Below, one piece after another: positions 1 through 10,202 of a stretch of DNA of 64,000 bases (position 1 is its first letter; every line of letters starts with the position of its first letter). The translations under genes and the position numbers were made by a program. Below the pieces are notes generated by a model that was not told the DNA's origin, did not search any database, and saw nothing but the letters and a program-made list of their open reading frames with translations. Source of the DNA: a virus; IMG/VR virus record IMGVR_UViG_3300036046_000003, positions 8,428 to 72,427 of that record; one strand, written 5' to 3'.

Positions 1-3
1 CTA

Positions 4-1248
4 ATGGCGACGATTAAAGACGCCTTTAATCGTTACTGGCTAGATAAGATCCTAGAGACAACGTATCATAAAAAGCAGGCGTACTTGCGCCAAGGCGTTC
101 CGTTCTTGCAGGGCGTTCCGCGTTACGGGTATGTGCGCCAGGGGAAGCGGGGCGCGGCGATTGCGGCGATAGACGAGGAAGTACGGCCTGTTATACAGCG
201 CATTTACGATCTAGCAGACGCAGGATTTAGTGGGCACGCCATAGCAAGGCAATTGAGTGACGCGCCAACCCCACAGCAGCGCCGGTCGAAAACGTCCCGC
301 AAAGGCAAATGGGGACTTACCGCCGTAATGAGTATTCTACGGGACGAGATTTATGCGGGAGTATTTTACGGAAACCGCACAAGTACCGTTACCGTTGACG
401 GTAAGCGTATCCGTAGTTGGAGACCCAAAGAGGAGTGGATACGGGTAGAAGTACCCGCAATTATTTCAAGGGAACAGTGGGAGCGCGTCCAACAAAAACT
501 AGACGCGGCTAATTCGGACAAGCCAAAATGGCACGCGAAGCACGAGTATCTGCTGGGTCGGCGCGTTCGCTGTGGGCGATGCGGGCGGCGAATGACTTCC
601 TATCCAGGTAGACACGACGGAAAAGGACGGCTGTACTACCGCTGCGTCAACGCGGCCAACCCACGGGTCGCCGTAACCGCTTGTGACCTTACCACGGTCT
701 TTCGTGCTGATCTCGTAGACGCGGCGGTTTGGGAGCGTCTATGCGGCTTTGTACGCCAACCGGAGGCGTTTCTTATCCGGTTGGAGGACGCACAAGAGGG
801 CCGCCGCGAGAGTACGGAGCGGGCGCAAGCTCAGCTAGACGAAACGGCGGCCCTCCTGGCCGAAAACGAGACACAGGTTGCCACTCTCGTACGTGAACTC
901 GCTAAGTATGCGGGTAGGTTGCCGGTGGTGGCCGCCGCTATCGAACAACAACTAGAGCAGCTAGGAGCTACCGAAGCCGCCTTAGCAGATCGTAAACGCC
1001 AGCTAGAGGCTCGCCTCAAACAGAAAGCGGCAGCCGAAATTGAACTAACGTCACTGGCGGACGTAGCGGCGCGCATTGCACCCCTGCTAGACCGCGCTGA
1101 CTTTCAAACAAAACGAACCGCTGTAGAGCTTTTACAGTGGCAATTTGAACTGGACGTGGTGGAAGGGCGGCGCTCTGTCGCGGTGCTCTGGTTCGACGTT
1201 CGTAGCGAGTTTTTTGTGGAGCACGCAAAAAAGCCAAAACAGCCGTAG
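4..1248 (+). CDS. Large serine recombinase/integrase (recombinase domain, Zn ribbon, coiled coil); N-terminal catalytic domain probably lies before the window
   Basis: PRYGY motif, IL.DEIYAG, VPAIISREQW, LLGRRVRCGRCGRRM...YYRC zinc ribbon, C-terminal coiled coil. Confidence 0.9.
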   Translation: MATIKDAFNRYWLDKILETTYHKKQAYLRQGVPFLQGVPRYGYVRQGKRGAAIAAIDEEVRPVIQRIYDLADAGFSGHAIARQLSDAPTPQQRRSKTSRKGKWGLTAVMSILRDEIYAGVFYGNRTSTVTVDGKRIRSWRPKEEWIRVEVPAIISREQWERVQQKLDAANSDKPKWHAKHEYLLGRRVRCGRCGRRMTSYPGRHDGKGRLYYRCVNAANPRVAVTACDLTTVFRADLVDAAVWERLCGFVRQPEAFLIRLEDAQEGRRESTERAQAQLDETAALLAENETQVATLVRELAKYAGRLPVVAAAIEQQLEQLGATEAALADRKRQLEARLKQKAAAEIELTSLADVAARIAPLLDRADFQTKRTAVELLQWQFELDVVEGRRSVAVLWFDVRSEFFVEHAKKPKQP

Positions 1249-1343
1249 GTGAGGACTTTGGTGCTTGGTGAAGTAACAAAGCGCCCACCTACGCTGTCTT
1301 AGCTTTTCTTTGTTTGGGGCTATCCGAGGCTGAACCCGGTGAC

Positions 1344-1367
1344 GCCGCCCGCAAGGGTGGTTTTTTT
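1344..1367 (+). terminator. Intrinsic terminator
   Basis: GCCGCCC-GCAA-GGGTGGT followed by a T run. Confidence 0.6.
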
Positions 1368-1388
1368 GTTGTGTACCAGGAGGGTGCC

Positions 1389-1634
1389 TTGCTGACCGAA
1401 CACGACAACGCCTGTGCCGTTTGTGGTCGCCCGGTTCGCCTGCGTCTCGGAGGGATACCAACGTACTACTGCACGCCCTGCTTTAACCAGCACGAGCGGG
1501 AAATTATGGCGGGAGCGCCCTGGTGTAGGTATGTAATGAACGCAGAGCGCCAGCGACGTAAACGACGCAATAGGCTCATCAAAGCGGGAGTTTCGTTTTA
1601 TTCGGTCAGTTTAGATAGGCGTCCGCCGCAGTAA
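1389..1634 (+). CDS. Small Zn-finger protein
   Basis: CAVC...CTPC; GGAGGG precedes TTG at 1389 (track ORF 1314..1634). Confidence 0.55.
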   Translation: MLTEHDNACAVCGRPVRLRLGGIPTYYCTPCFNQHEREIMAGAPWCRYVMNAERQRRKRRNRLIKAGVSFYSVSLDRRPPQ

Positions 1635-1642
1635 AGGTTGTT

Positions 1643-2275
1643 ATGGCAAAACGCCGCATTGTAGGCTCTCCGCGCTTTGTGCCGGACGGGGGTTGTCGTA
1701 TTTGCAAGGCACCCCTCGAAATTAAAACAGCGGTGGAAGATCGCATACGCACTACTCCGTACCGTCTGATTATAGAAGAGTACAACAATCACTCCGCCTT
1801 TGAAGGCAAGCTTACAAAGGTAATGATCTCTCGGCATAAAATCTATTGTCTTCGAGGGTCGCAAAAGATACACGTACCAGAAGTGCGTGTATTAGATCCG
1901 GTCAATAAAGCGGCGCTTACAAAGAGTGTGACCGCAATTGCAGGTTCCGCTATTCCAATTCCAGACGCCTTAATGGCGATGATCTCTGTAGGGTTGCACA
2001 ACCTTAAAGAGAACCCGCAACTAATGACCCCCTCCGTTACGCTACAGGCGATTGATATTCTACGTAAACTAGGTCTTGCGTCGGGAGCAAAAGACGCATT
2101 CGCGGACGCCTGGGGCGCGTTAGCAGAGGCACAGGCGGGTAAAACAAAGCGTAAGCGCCGAATAACCGTCGAAGAGGAAGTAACTTCGGAAGCGGACGCA
2201 ATTGTAATTAACCCGGTTCCTGACGAATGGGACGCGGACGAACTGGCCGGTATTGACAGCGAAGAAGAGGAATAA
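1643..2275 (+). CDS. Putative terminase small subunit
   Basis: CRIC...H motif, acidic tail, position upstream of terL; synteny-based call. Confidence 0.5.
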   Translation: MAKRRIVGSPRFVPDGGCRICKAPLEIKTAVEDRIRTTPYRLIIEEYNNHSAFEGKLTKVMISRHKIYCLRGSQKIHVPEVRVLDPVNKAALTKSVTAIAGSAIPIPDALMAMISVGLHNLKENPQLMTPSVTLQAIDILRKLGLASGAKDAFADAWGALAEAQAGKTKRKRRITVEEEVTSEADAIVINPVPDEWDADELAGIDSEEEE

Positions 2276-2278
2276 ATT

Positions 2279-2965
2279 TTGGCAGTGGTAAACCTCCCCC
2301 CCGGCGGCGAGATTTATGACGGTGCGGATTATTGGGTGCGGCCTGGGCGCGACGGTGCGCTGTACGTTGTGTACTGCGGCGTTCGCCCGAAGACGTTTTC
2401 AAACCCTGAGTTTGGCCCGCAGGCGTATCGCCTGCTGCCTGACGGGCGGGTAGAGTGGATTAACTTTGCAAAGCCGCCCCGTGAGGGCATTCGTCCTTCG
2501 GTTATCGAGTACCCCGACCGTGCCGAAGTTACGTGGCCGCTCAAAGGCGGAAGAGCCTTTGACCGCGTTCCTTTGCCGGGGTACGTTCCCGCTACGTTTG
2601 GGGGCACAGTAGTCGCTCCGGTTCCGGTACAGCCACTCCCGCAGCCTACACCAGGCGGCCCCGCAGTGGACGAGGAAGCCCGCCAGTACACCACGGCGGT
2701 CAAAAAGGAATTGAAGGCCGACGTAGCCGCCCTGGATAAGCGCCTGGGCGCGCTAGAGGCTCGCCCAACGACTTCTGTGGCTGGGATTAGCCGAGACGAG
2801 AGCTGGCAGTTGGCCCGCGATAGTGTGTACTTCGACGTACAGCGGCCAGATAGCGGCATTCGTGCGGAGATTGCGAAGCTTATTGACGCTCGCCCAGCGC
2901 CGACCGACCGAAACGGTTTGAAGGCCCTCGTGCGCGAGGTGTTGCTAGAACTGCTGGCCGATTAA
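2279..2965 (+). CDS. Hypothetical protein with Pro-rich linker
   Basis: 228-aa ORF abutting the previous gene. Confidence 0.55.
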   Translation: MAVVNLPPGGEIYDGADYWVRPGRDGALYVVYCGVRPKTFSNPEFGPQAYRLLPDGRVEWINFAKPPREGIRPSVIEYPDRAEVTWPLKGGRAFDRVPLPGYVPATFGGTVVAPVPVQPLPQPTPGGPAVDEEARQYTTAVKKELKADVAALDKRLGALEARPTTSVAGISRDESWQLARDSVYFDVQRPDSGIRAEIAKLIDARPAPTDRNGLKALVREVLLELLAD

Positions 2966-3164
2966 GGCGGCATTTCAGACAAGTTCCCCTCGTTAGGGGA
3001 CTTTGGTTCGGCGGCCACTAATGCCGCCGCCTGCGCAGCGACACGCGCTAGAGTGTCGCAAGACCGCCCCGCGCTCGCCGATATTGTGGACGTGATCACC
3101 CCTTATCGGCGGAGCTTCGCGGGGCGGTCTTTGCATTAAATGCAGAGGCTAGAGGAGGCTTCGC

Positions 3165-4745
3165 GTGGCCCGCAACAATACACGGGCGCGTAAAGAGGGG
3201 GCCGGACGGGTCGCCGCCTCTGGCGACGCGCAGGCTCCTAGCGCAATTATTAAAAAGACCTTGGCGGAAGCGCTGGTAGCGGGCTACGAAAATCCGGCAC
3301 AGTTTTGCAGGGACTTTCTCGATTTTAGTCCCTACCCCGAGCAAGAGAAGTTTTTGCTGGCGTCACGCGACTGCGTGGAAAGCAATCTGGCGGGCGGCAA
3401 CCGCGTTGGGAAGTCAGCCCTGGCCGGGGCGATTTTGTTGTGGCGGGCGTTCTACCGCTATATCTCTACGGTGACGCGCCCCGATTTGGTTAGCCCTCAC
3501 GTTACCTACAAAGCGGTAGCAACTTCACTAACGGCAGACCAAGCAAAATTGAGTTGGAATTACGCATACACCTACGCGAATAACAGCCCCCGGTTTAAGC
3601 CCTTTATCGCGGACGTTGTGCATAGTCCGTTCCCGACAATGCGCCTGTCTGTGCCGCAAGTTTCTGGGGGCTACGCGACGAGCGAGATTTGGGCACGGTC
3701 GCTCGCAAAGAACGGCCTGTATCTTCTCGGTCACTCCCTGAGTTTCGTTCTTATGGACGAATACGCTTTTATTAAGGGAGCTGACGTAATCGAAGATGAG
3801 GTTGTGCGTATGCGGTTGGCCGACCAGGGCGGCAATCTAATGCGGCTGTCGTCGCCCAACGGCAAAAACCACTTCTACGCCAAGTTTCAGAGCGGCATCG
3901 GCAACGCGCACACCTACTCACAGGCAATTCCTACGACGGCTAACCCCTACGTCAGCAAGGCGTATATTGAGGAGATGAAGCGGCTGATGCTGCCGGAGTA
4001 TTACCGGCAAAACGTTCTGTGTGAATGGGTTTCGTTAAGCGACTTCTTCAAAACAGAACACATTCAAGCGCTTTACGCCGAGCAAGAGTACGAACTTCCG
4101 ATGCCGCCCGTCACAAAAGGCGAATACGTATTAGGGGCCGACCTGGGCGCAATGCGCGACCCTACGGTTGTGTTTGTGCTTCGAGTAGACGTAACCCCGG
4201 CGCAGCTCGTCTACGTAATGACTGTTAAGAACGGCTCCTGGGCATCAAGTCGTGAAGCGGTACGCGCCGCGTACCAACGCTACGGGCCGGTCTCCTCGGT
4301 AATCGACGCTACGGGTGTTGGTGCCCCGGTAGCGCAACAGCTTATTGAAGAGGACGGCTTTCAAAACACAGAGGCGTTTGTATTTAGTTCTGCATCAAAG
4401 CCCGAGGTATTGACGGCGTTGCAGGACGCAGTGCAGCGCCGGTCGCTCGTTTTTCCCTTCACCACCGATACCCGAGAACTTGTCAACCAAATGGGCTTCT
4501 ACCGACTGGACGACAAGAGAATTGCGCAGGACTTTGTAATAGCACTCGCGCTGGTAAATCGCGCCCGAGAGCGTGCTAAAAAACAGAATGCTATGGAGAC
4601 GATGATCCCCGACGATTTGCAGATTGTACCTGTTTGGGGAACAAACAAAGTGCCCCTCGATTTGCTGTTGCCGGAGGACGAAGCGTTTAGTGGTGGTATT
4701 CGTTTTCGTCACGAAGCAGACGGCACATTTACCCTGGCAGAGTAG
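3165..4745 (+). CDS. terL: Terminase large subunit
   Basis: Walker A GGNRVGKS, Walker B VLMDE, SSPNGKNHFY, nuclease VLGADLG and IDATGVG. Confidence 0.93.
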   Translation: MARNNTRARKEGAGRVAASGDAQAPSAIIKKTLAEALVAGYENPAQFCRDFLDFSPYPEQEKFLLASRDCVESNLAGGNRVGKSALAGAILLWRAFYRYISTVTRPDLVSPHVTYKAVATSLTADQAKLSWNYAYTYANNSPRFKPFIADVVHSPFPTMRLSVPQVSGGYATSEIWARSLAKNGLYLLGHSLSFVLMDEYAFIKGADVIEDEVVRMRLADQGGNLMRLSSPNGKNHFYAKFQSGIGNAHTYSQAIPTTANPYVSKAYIEEMKRLMLPEYYRQNVLCEWVSLSDFFKTEHIQALYAEQEYELPMPPVTKGEYVLGADLGAMRDPTVVFVLRVDVTPAQLVYVMTVKNGSWASSREAVRAAYQRYGPVSSVIDATGVGAPVAQQLIEEDGFQNTEAFVFSSASKPEVLTALQDAVQRRSLVFPFTTDTRELVNQMGFYRLDDKRIAQDFVIALALVNRARERAKKQNAMETMIPDDLQIVPVWGTNKVPLDLLLPEDEAFSGGIRFRHEADGTFTLAE

Positions 4746-4753
4746 GAGCTACA

Positions 4754-6394
4754 ATGGGTTTTTTGGACGGGCTTTTTGGAAGAACGATGACGGAGGCCAA
4801 CAGCCCAAAACCCGAGCTGCCCGAAACGAAAACAGACGCGACCGGCTACGGGAACCAAATTGACCCGCTTAGTCAAAGCGACCGTAAAGACGTAGCGGCG
4901 GTAGTACAGGCAGCGCAGCAAACCTTGCAAGCGCGGGGGCGAGCGGCCAGGTATACGGTCTTCGATGAAATGGACGTTGAAGACGTAGCGGCTATGCTGG
5001 ACGCCGTGGTAGACGCCGCCGTTACGTTTGAAGACGTTTCGACCGGGCGCGGCTTTAAGGTAGAGGCTGACGACGCGACAATTCAAACGCTGCTGGACGA
5101 GGCCGTCAAGCGAGCCAGATTAAAGCCGCTGGTAGACGAGATTGCAAGAGACGTACTGAAATATGGGGACGCTTTTGTAGAGCCGGTGTTTGACCGGGGA
5201 CTGCTGGTGTGGGCACAAACATACCGCCCCTCCGAGATTTTTGTGACCCGCGACGACAAAGGCCGCCTTACTGTCGGGAAAGACGCGGACGGCTTTTTTG
5301 CAGCGTATCAGCAGAAGCGCCAAGGGTCTGTTGTCGCCGGTTGGCAGCCTTGGGAAATGGTTCACTTCAAACTAGTACCGTCTCGTAAGTTGATCTACAG
5401 CGCTAAGAGCTTGCTTGACCCCGTAGTACCCGCGTGGCGCAAGCTACAGCTCGTAGAACAGGGTATGGTGGTGGCGCGTGTAACGCGAGCCTACCCGAGA
5501 AAAACGCACTACGTTGATATGACCGGCAAAGACAGGAACGAGCAGGAAACTACGCTTCGGGCCTATATCAATCGGCTTACCAACCGGGTTATGGGCCGCC
5601 GCCCCACCGACACAAATACAAACCTGCCCACGGTAGACGTTTCGGAGGACTTGTACGTTGCGACCGGCTACACGACTGGCCCGGACGGAAAGCCGTACCC
5701 GAAGCTGAACAAAGTCGAAGTAGACGATCCCGCGATTGCCGGTTTGGCTGAGTTGGGCGACGTACACTACCTTCGGGCGAAAGTGTTTTCCACCGTTCCT
5801 TCGGATACGGTGGGGATTAAGCGAAATACCACCGCCGATGCAGACAGTCAGGATCTTGCGTATACGCGAATGCTGCGGCGGCTGCAAATTCAGCTCGAAG
5901 AAGGGCTTCGCGGTATTCTGGATCAAGTTCTTTTGTCCGCCGGAAAACTACCTTCAAAGACACCGTATCGAATTGTGCTACCGGCAGTAGATATTAAAGC
6001 AAGCTGGCGGTTCGCAGACGCTCGCTTTCGCGCCTCCCTTACGCTGCGCAACTACCTGGAAACCGGGGCTATTTCTCGGCGCTGGGCGGTAAAGCAGGCA
6101 TTTAACATCAGCGACCGCGAAGTAGACGCTATTTGGGATCAGGTAGCCGAAGAGGCAGCCAATCCTATTTTCCAGGTTGTGTTGGCCCCCGCAAGAAACG
6201 GCCAAGGGTCAGTAATGCCTACAACAGACGACCCTGACGGGGACGGGGAGACAGATACCGTACCTAGTGCGGCTGCGGTTATTCCGGCCACCGGGGCCGA
6301 CCCGACAAAGCCGGGGACTACGAAAAACGGTATAAGTCGCGGTACTGACCTGGGTAAGACACTCAGAGGCAGTAACAGCGGCGGAGCGGGCTAA
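4754..6394 (+). CDS. Portal protein, T4 gp20-like
   Basis: Follows terL; KYGDAF, VHFKL, SLL...WRKLQLVE.GMVVARVTRA pattern. Confidence 0.85.
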   Translation: MGFLDGLFGRTMTEANSPKPELPETKTDATGYGNQIDPLSQSDRKDVAAVVQAAQQTLQARGRAARYTVFDEMDVEDVAAMLDAVVDAAVTFEDVSTGRGFKVEADDATIQTLLDEAVKRARLKPLVDEIARDVLKYGDAFVEPVFDRGLLVWAQTYRPSEIFVTRDDKGRLTVGKDADGFFAAYQQKRQGSVVAGWQPWEMVHFKLVPSRKLIYSAKSLLDPVVPAWRKLQLVEQGMVVARVTRAYPRKTHYVDMTGKDRNEQETTLRAYINRLTNRVMGRRPTDTNTNLPTVDVSEDLYVATGYTTGPDGKPYPKLNKVEVDDPAIAGLAELGDVHYLRAKVFSTVPSDTVGIKRNTTADADSQDLAYTRMLRRLQIQLEEGLRGILDQVLLSAGKLPSKTPYRIVLPAVDIKASWRFADARFRASLTLRNYLETGAISRRWAVKQAFNISDREVDAIWDQVAEEAANPIFQVVLAPARNGQGSVMPTTDDPDGDGETDTVPSAAAVIPATGADPTKPGTTKNGISRGTDLGKTLRGSNSGGAG

Positions 6395-6504
6395 AAAGTC
6401 TCACACAAACCAACGCAAGGGCTATTCCTGCGTATACGGCCCGCGTCCCTGAGTTCTGCATTAAACGCAGTTCTCAAACGCGGGCCTTTCTATTGGAGCT
6501 GACT

Positions 6505-7563
6505 ATGACGAAGCTACGGGCAGGCCGGTCTGATTTGCCTGCCCCTTTTATTGAGCAGCGCGTTAGCCTTGCCAAAGTAGTTGAACAGCAAGACGACGGT
6601 ACTCTTGTCTTTGAAGCCGTTGTATCCGAGACGGATTACGTCAACGAAAACAGGCGGATATACCCGTTGGAAGTTCTTTGGCCCGCCTTTGAACGGCTGA
6701 AACTGCGGCTGGAAAACCACCCCGGCGCGGTAGACCACCCGGATTATGTTGCCCCGGTAAGTGTGGACGACCTGGGTATTTTCTGGCTGGACTTCTGGCG
6801 CGAGGGTAACTTGATTGTCGGTCGGGGGCGCATTATCCCAACGGTGAAGGGAAACAACCTTCGAGCCGTTATCGAGGCGGGCGTCTCAGTGGGCTTTTCA
6901 ACCCGTGGCTACGGCGAAGCCGAGGAAGAAACCCGAAACGGGCGCACCGTTTCGGTTATGCGCAAGTTTGATTTTGAGCCGGACGGGTCGATTGACGCGG
7001 TTGTGCGCCCCTCAGTGCGCCACGCGAGAACCCGTACCTACCGTAAGGAGAGCGAAGACTTGGACATTGAGACGCTGACCGCTGAGCGCGACGAACTGCG
7101 TCAGAAGCTCGAAGCTGCCGAGGCCGCCGCACAGGCCGCCCACGAGAAGGCAACCGCAGCGGAGGGCCGCGCAGCCCAGGCAGAAAGCAAGCTGACGGAA
7201 GCCGACGAGCGCCTGACCGCCCTAGAGAATGAGGCTTTGACGCTTCGACTGGAGGCGGCAAAGGTTGCCCTGGAAAACAAGATTACTGGCCTGATTGGCG
7301 AGCACCGCTTTGCGGCCACTATTCGCGGTGAGCTTGCGGAGCTGCGCACTGCCGGGGTGGTAGTTACTGCGGAGAACGCCGAGGCAATTGTGGGTCGCCT
7401 GAAAAATCTGGTGGAAAGTTCGGCTACAGCGTCCGCCGAGGGCGCGCCGCGTGGCGTGTTGGCAAACGACGAGGACAGCCCCGCCGAAACCCCCAACTCG
7501 CAGCCGGGTAGCGGCTTTTTGACGGAAGAGCAGCAGGCCGACCTGCGGGCAATGGGTCTGTAA
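6505..7563 (+). CDS. Prohead protease (T4 gp21-like) fused to scaffold
   Basis: NENRRIYP, DHP, VGFSTRGYG, DAVVRPS; coiled-coil C-terminus. Confidence 0.88.
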   Translation: MTKLRAGRSDLPAPFIEQRVSLAKVVEQQDDGTLVFEAVVSETDYVNENRRIYPLEVLWPAFERLKLRLENHPGAVDHPDYVAPVSVDDLGIFWLDFWREGNLIVGRGRIIPTVKGNNLRAVIEAGVSVGFSTRGYGEAEEETRNGRTVSVMRKFDFEPDGSIDAVVRPSVRHARTRTYRKESEDLDIETLTAERDELRQKLEAAEAAAQAAHEKATAAEGRAAQAESKLTEADERLTALENEALTLRLEAAKVALENKITGLIGEHRFAATIRGELAELRTAGVVVTAENAEAIVGRLKNLVESSATASAEGAPRGVLANDEDSPAETPNSQPGSGFLTEEQQADLRAMGL

Positions 7564-7615
7564 TTTTTGAAACAGTTCGGGCCGAGCGCGGCCCTTTAAG
7601 GAGTGTTGGTTACTA

Positions 7616-8791
7616 ATGGAAGAGCAGTTTCGGCCCGCCGCTGTAGAAGCATTTGAGCGTTCGCTGGTTGAACAGAACGCACCCCTCATTGAGAGCTGGA
7701 AGCACGTACTCGATAGCGACAAAGCACCTGTTGTTAAGGGCGCGTATAGTCGATACGCCCTGGCGCGTCTGCTGGAAAGCACAAACAGGGTACTGGCCCG
7801 CGAGGCGACGCAGACGACAACCGTTTTTGGTACGAACTACCAGAAGACGATGCTGGGTATGACCCGCCAGATTTGGCCCCGTATGTTTGGTCAGCAGCTT
7901 GTGTCGGTTCAGCCGATGGATCGTCCCACCGGCCAGATTTTCCACCTGGCACTGACCCGCGATGACGGTTCGACCGAGGGAGTGCGGCCCACGGACGACG
8001 CTTCTACGTGGAACGCCAGCCGATACGGCGTTTCACGCACCTACAGCGACCACACGACCGGCGAGGGGGGCGAAATTCAGAAGGGTATGGCCCTTTCGAT
8101 CACTAGCTCCTCGGTTGAGGTTACGAAGGTTAAGAAGCTAAAGGTGGCGGCCAGCTGGGAGCTTGAAACCGACCTGGCGGCCTACCACAACCTGAACGCA
8201 CTGGATCTGTTGCAGGGCGCGGCTACTGACCAGATCGCCTACGAGATTGACGCGGATATTGTGCGCGCCGTTCGCAACGCGGCCATTGCGCACCGGACGG
8301 TTACGTTCGGCCCCGCGCCTTCCGGCTATCCGGTTGAGAAGTGGCCCACCCGTTTGCAGCGGGCCATTCTTATGGCTGACCGCGCCGTTAACAAGGCCAG
8401 CCTGCGTCAGCCGAACGTTATGGTGGTCGGCTACGACGCAATGACCGAGCTAATGGATTTAAACACCTTTATCTTCGCACCTGCCCCGGGTTGGGATCAG
8501 GGTAGCTACGGCCTTGTGCCGGTGGGTTCGTTTAACGGCGTTTACAACGTCTTCCTGAGCCGGACGATCCCCGACAACGAGATTTTGCTGGGCCGGAAGG
8601 GTAGCGGCTTTTTGGACGCGGGTATTGTCTACGCGCCGTATGTGGCGCTGTTCATTACAGACCGCTTCTTTGACGTAGAGACGCAGAAGACGACGCAGAG
8701 CTTCGCCAGTCGTTATGACCTGTTTACTATGAGCAACACGAGCTACGCTCGCGTGGTACTTGACCCGAATGCCCCTGCTGGAATTGCCTAA
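7616..8791 (+). CDS. Major capsid protein, T4 gp23-like
   Basis: VSVQPMDRPTGQIF, KLK.A.SWELE.DL.AYH.L.A, DAGIVYAPYV, SRY. Confidence 0.92.
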   Translation: MEEQFRPAAVEAFERSLVEQNAPLIESWKHVLDSDKAPVVKGAYSRYALARLLESTNRVLAREATQTTTVFGTNYQKTMLGMTRQIWPRMFGQQLVSVQPMDRPTGQIFHLALTRDDGSTEGVRPTDDASTWNASRYGVSRTYSDHTTGEGGEIQKGMALSITSSSVEVTKVKKLKVAASWELETDLAAYHNLNALDLLQGAATDQIAYEIDADIVRAVRNAAIAHRTVTFGPAPSGYPVEKWPTRLQRAILMADRAVNKASLRQPNVMVVGYDAMTELMDLNTFIFAPAPGWDQGSYGLVPVGSFNGVYNVFLSRTIPDNEILLGRKGSGFLDAGIVYAPYVALFITDRFFDVETQKTTQSFASRYDLFTMSNTSYARVVLDPNAPAGIA

Positions 8792-8840
8792 ATCATAGGC
8801 GTTCCGCTCCCGAGAGACCCTTTGCTAGAATACAAACAGA

Positions 8841-8882
8841 AGGAGCCGATACCTACCTGGGTGTCGGCTCCTTTTGTTTTTC
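8841..8882 (+). terminator. Intrinsic terminator after capsid gene
   Basis: AGGAGCCGATACC...GGTGTCGGCTCCT followed by T-rich tail. Confidence 0.75.
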
Positions 8883-8901
8883 TCGTGTAAAGGAGCCAGC
8901 T

Positions 8902-9237
8902 ATGCGCGGTGTGTATCAAATCACAGTCAAACGACCGGACAAAGAAGAATTAGTGTACGTAGGCCAAGCAAAGAACGTCCGTTCGCGATTTAACGCCCAC
9001 CGGCGCGGCCTTGTGGCGGGCAGGCACGCGAACAAACACCTTCAAAACGCCTACGACAAATACGGGGCGCGTGCCTTTTCTTTCACTTTGCTGGAGCTAC
9101 TGGACGCCGTAGAAGATATGACGCTGTACGAGGCGGAATGGTTCGATACGTTAGTGACGCGCTATGGACGACAAAACGTAGCCAATCACTACCGACCGGG
9201 CGCGCTGCCTGTCGGCAAAGTAAAAGAGGCCGCCTAA
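8902..9237 (+). CDS. GIY-YIG endonuclease
   Basis: GVYQI...YVGQAKN...R...H...N.HLQ.AYDKYG. Confidence 0.85.
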   Translation: MRGVYQITVKRPDKEELVYVGQAKNVRSRFNAHRRGLVAGRHANKHLQNAYDKYGARAFSFTLLELLDAVEDMTLYEAEWFDTLVTRYGRQNVANHYRPGALPVGKVKEAA

Positions 9238-10028
9238 TGGCTAGCATTCCTTTTGGGCCGGTGACGACCCGCGTACCTTCTGTTGATTGGCTATTGGAGT
9301 ACAATCGCGCAGGTCGCTTTTCCGCCGCGCTGGTACGTACCGCCCACGGAGTTGACGGCGGGTGGAACGAGAAAAACCGGCGCGCCCTTTTGCGCGGCGT
9401 TGAAACCGTAGTAGTCGGCTCCACCAACGGCGACCCCTCGTATGGTGGTATCGCTAAAAAGTTCTGGTATCCCGAACCTGCTGCAACCCTGGCAGAGCTT
9501 CGCCCGTGGCTGCGTTTGCGGCCTACGCTTACCGTGAAAATTGGTAACGAGCCGGACGTAATTTGGGAGCAATTGGGCCAGGACGAAAAACATTGTTGGG
9601 TTTATCACTACTTTCTTGATCAAACGATTACTGATATTCGCGCTGAGTTCCCGCAAGCTAAAATCATCGCCCCCGGCCCCCGCATCGGTACGCCGAACTG
9701 GCATCGCTGGCTCGAAATTAGGGCCGACGTTTACCGGCGATGCGACTTTGTAGGTCTACACGTATACGGGTGGTGGCAGATTGTAGGCGACGGAAAGCGC
9801 GAGCTAGAGACGGCGCTGCCGGTATACAATCGTTTGTTCCCCGACAAGCCTATCTGGATTACGGAGCTAGGCATTAACGCGGGCGCGCTGTCGGCTCGTG
9901 AAAAGCTGGCACGCTATCGAGCTACCTTACCTTTGCTGCCGTCCCGCGTAGCGGGGGTGGCTTTCTATAATGTACATACGCCTGCGGAGTTTCACACGGA
10001 ATACGCCATTCCGCGAGAGGCATTGTAA
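9237..10028 (+). CDS. Putative glycoside hydrolase (clan GH-A TIM barrel)
   Basis: IGNEPD acid/base, DFVGLHVY, KPIWITELG nucleophile; TAATG overlap with upstream gene. Confidence 0.75.
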   Translation: MASIPFGPVTTRVPSVDWLLEYNRAGRFSAALVRTAHGVDGGWNEKNRRALLRGVETVVVGSTNGDPSYGGIAKKFWYPEPAATLAELRPWLRLRPTLTVKIGNEPDVIWEQLGQDEKHCWVYHYFLDQTITDIRAEFPQAKIIAPGPRIGTPNWHRWLEIRADVYRRCDFVGLHVYGWWQIVGDGKRELETALPVYNRLFPDKPIWITELGINAGALSAREKLARYRATLPLLPSRVAGVAFYNVHTPAEFHTEYAIPREAL

Positions 10029-10043
10029 AAGAAAGGAAACCTA

Positions 10044-10148
10044 ATGGACGGCTGGCTACTCGTGGTCACATTGGTGTACGTGGGTATTTTGGTGGTCGGT
10101 ATTTTCGCATTGGCCGACACCAAAGACGTAGATACGCGAGACGAGTAA
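10044..10148 (+). CDS. 34-aa single-TM peptide
   Basis: AAAGGA RBS; MDGWLLVVTLVYVGILVVGIFALADTKDVDTRDE. Confidence 0.5.
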   Translation: MDGWLLVVTLVYVGILVVGIFALADTKDVDTRDE

Positions 10149-10202
10149 TACCCGGGGCGGTGTAATTCGCAGAAAAGCAGCCCTTCGCGGGGCTGCTTTT
10201 TC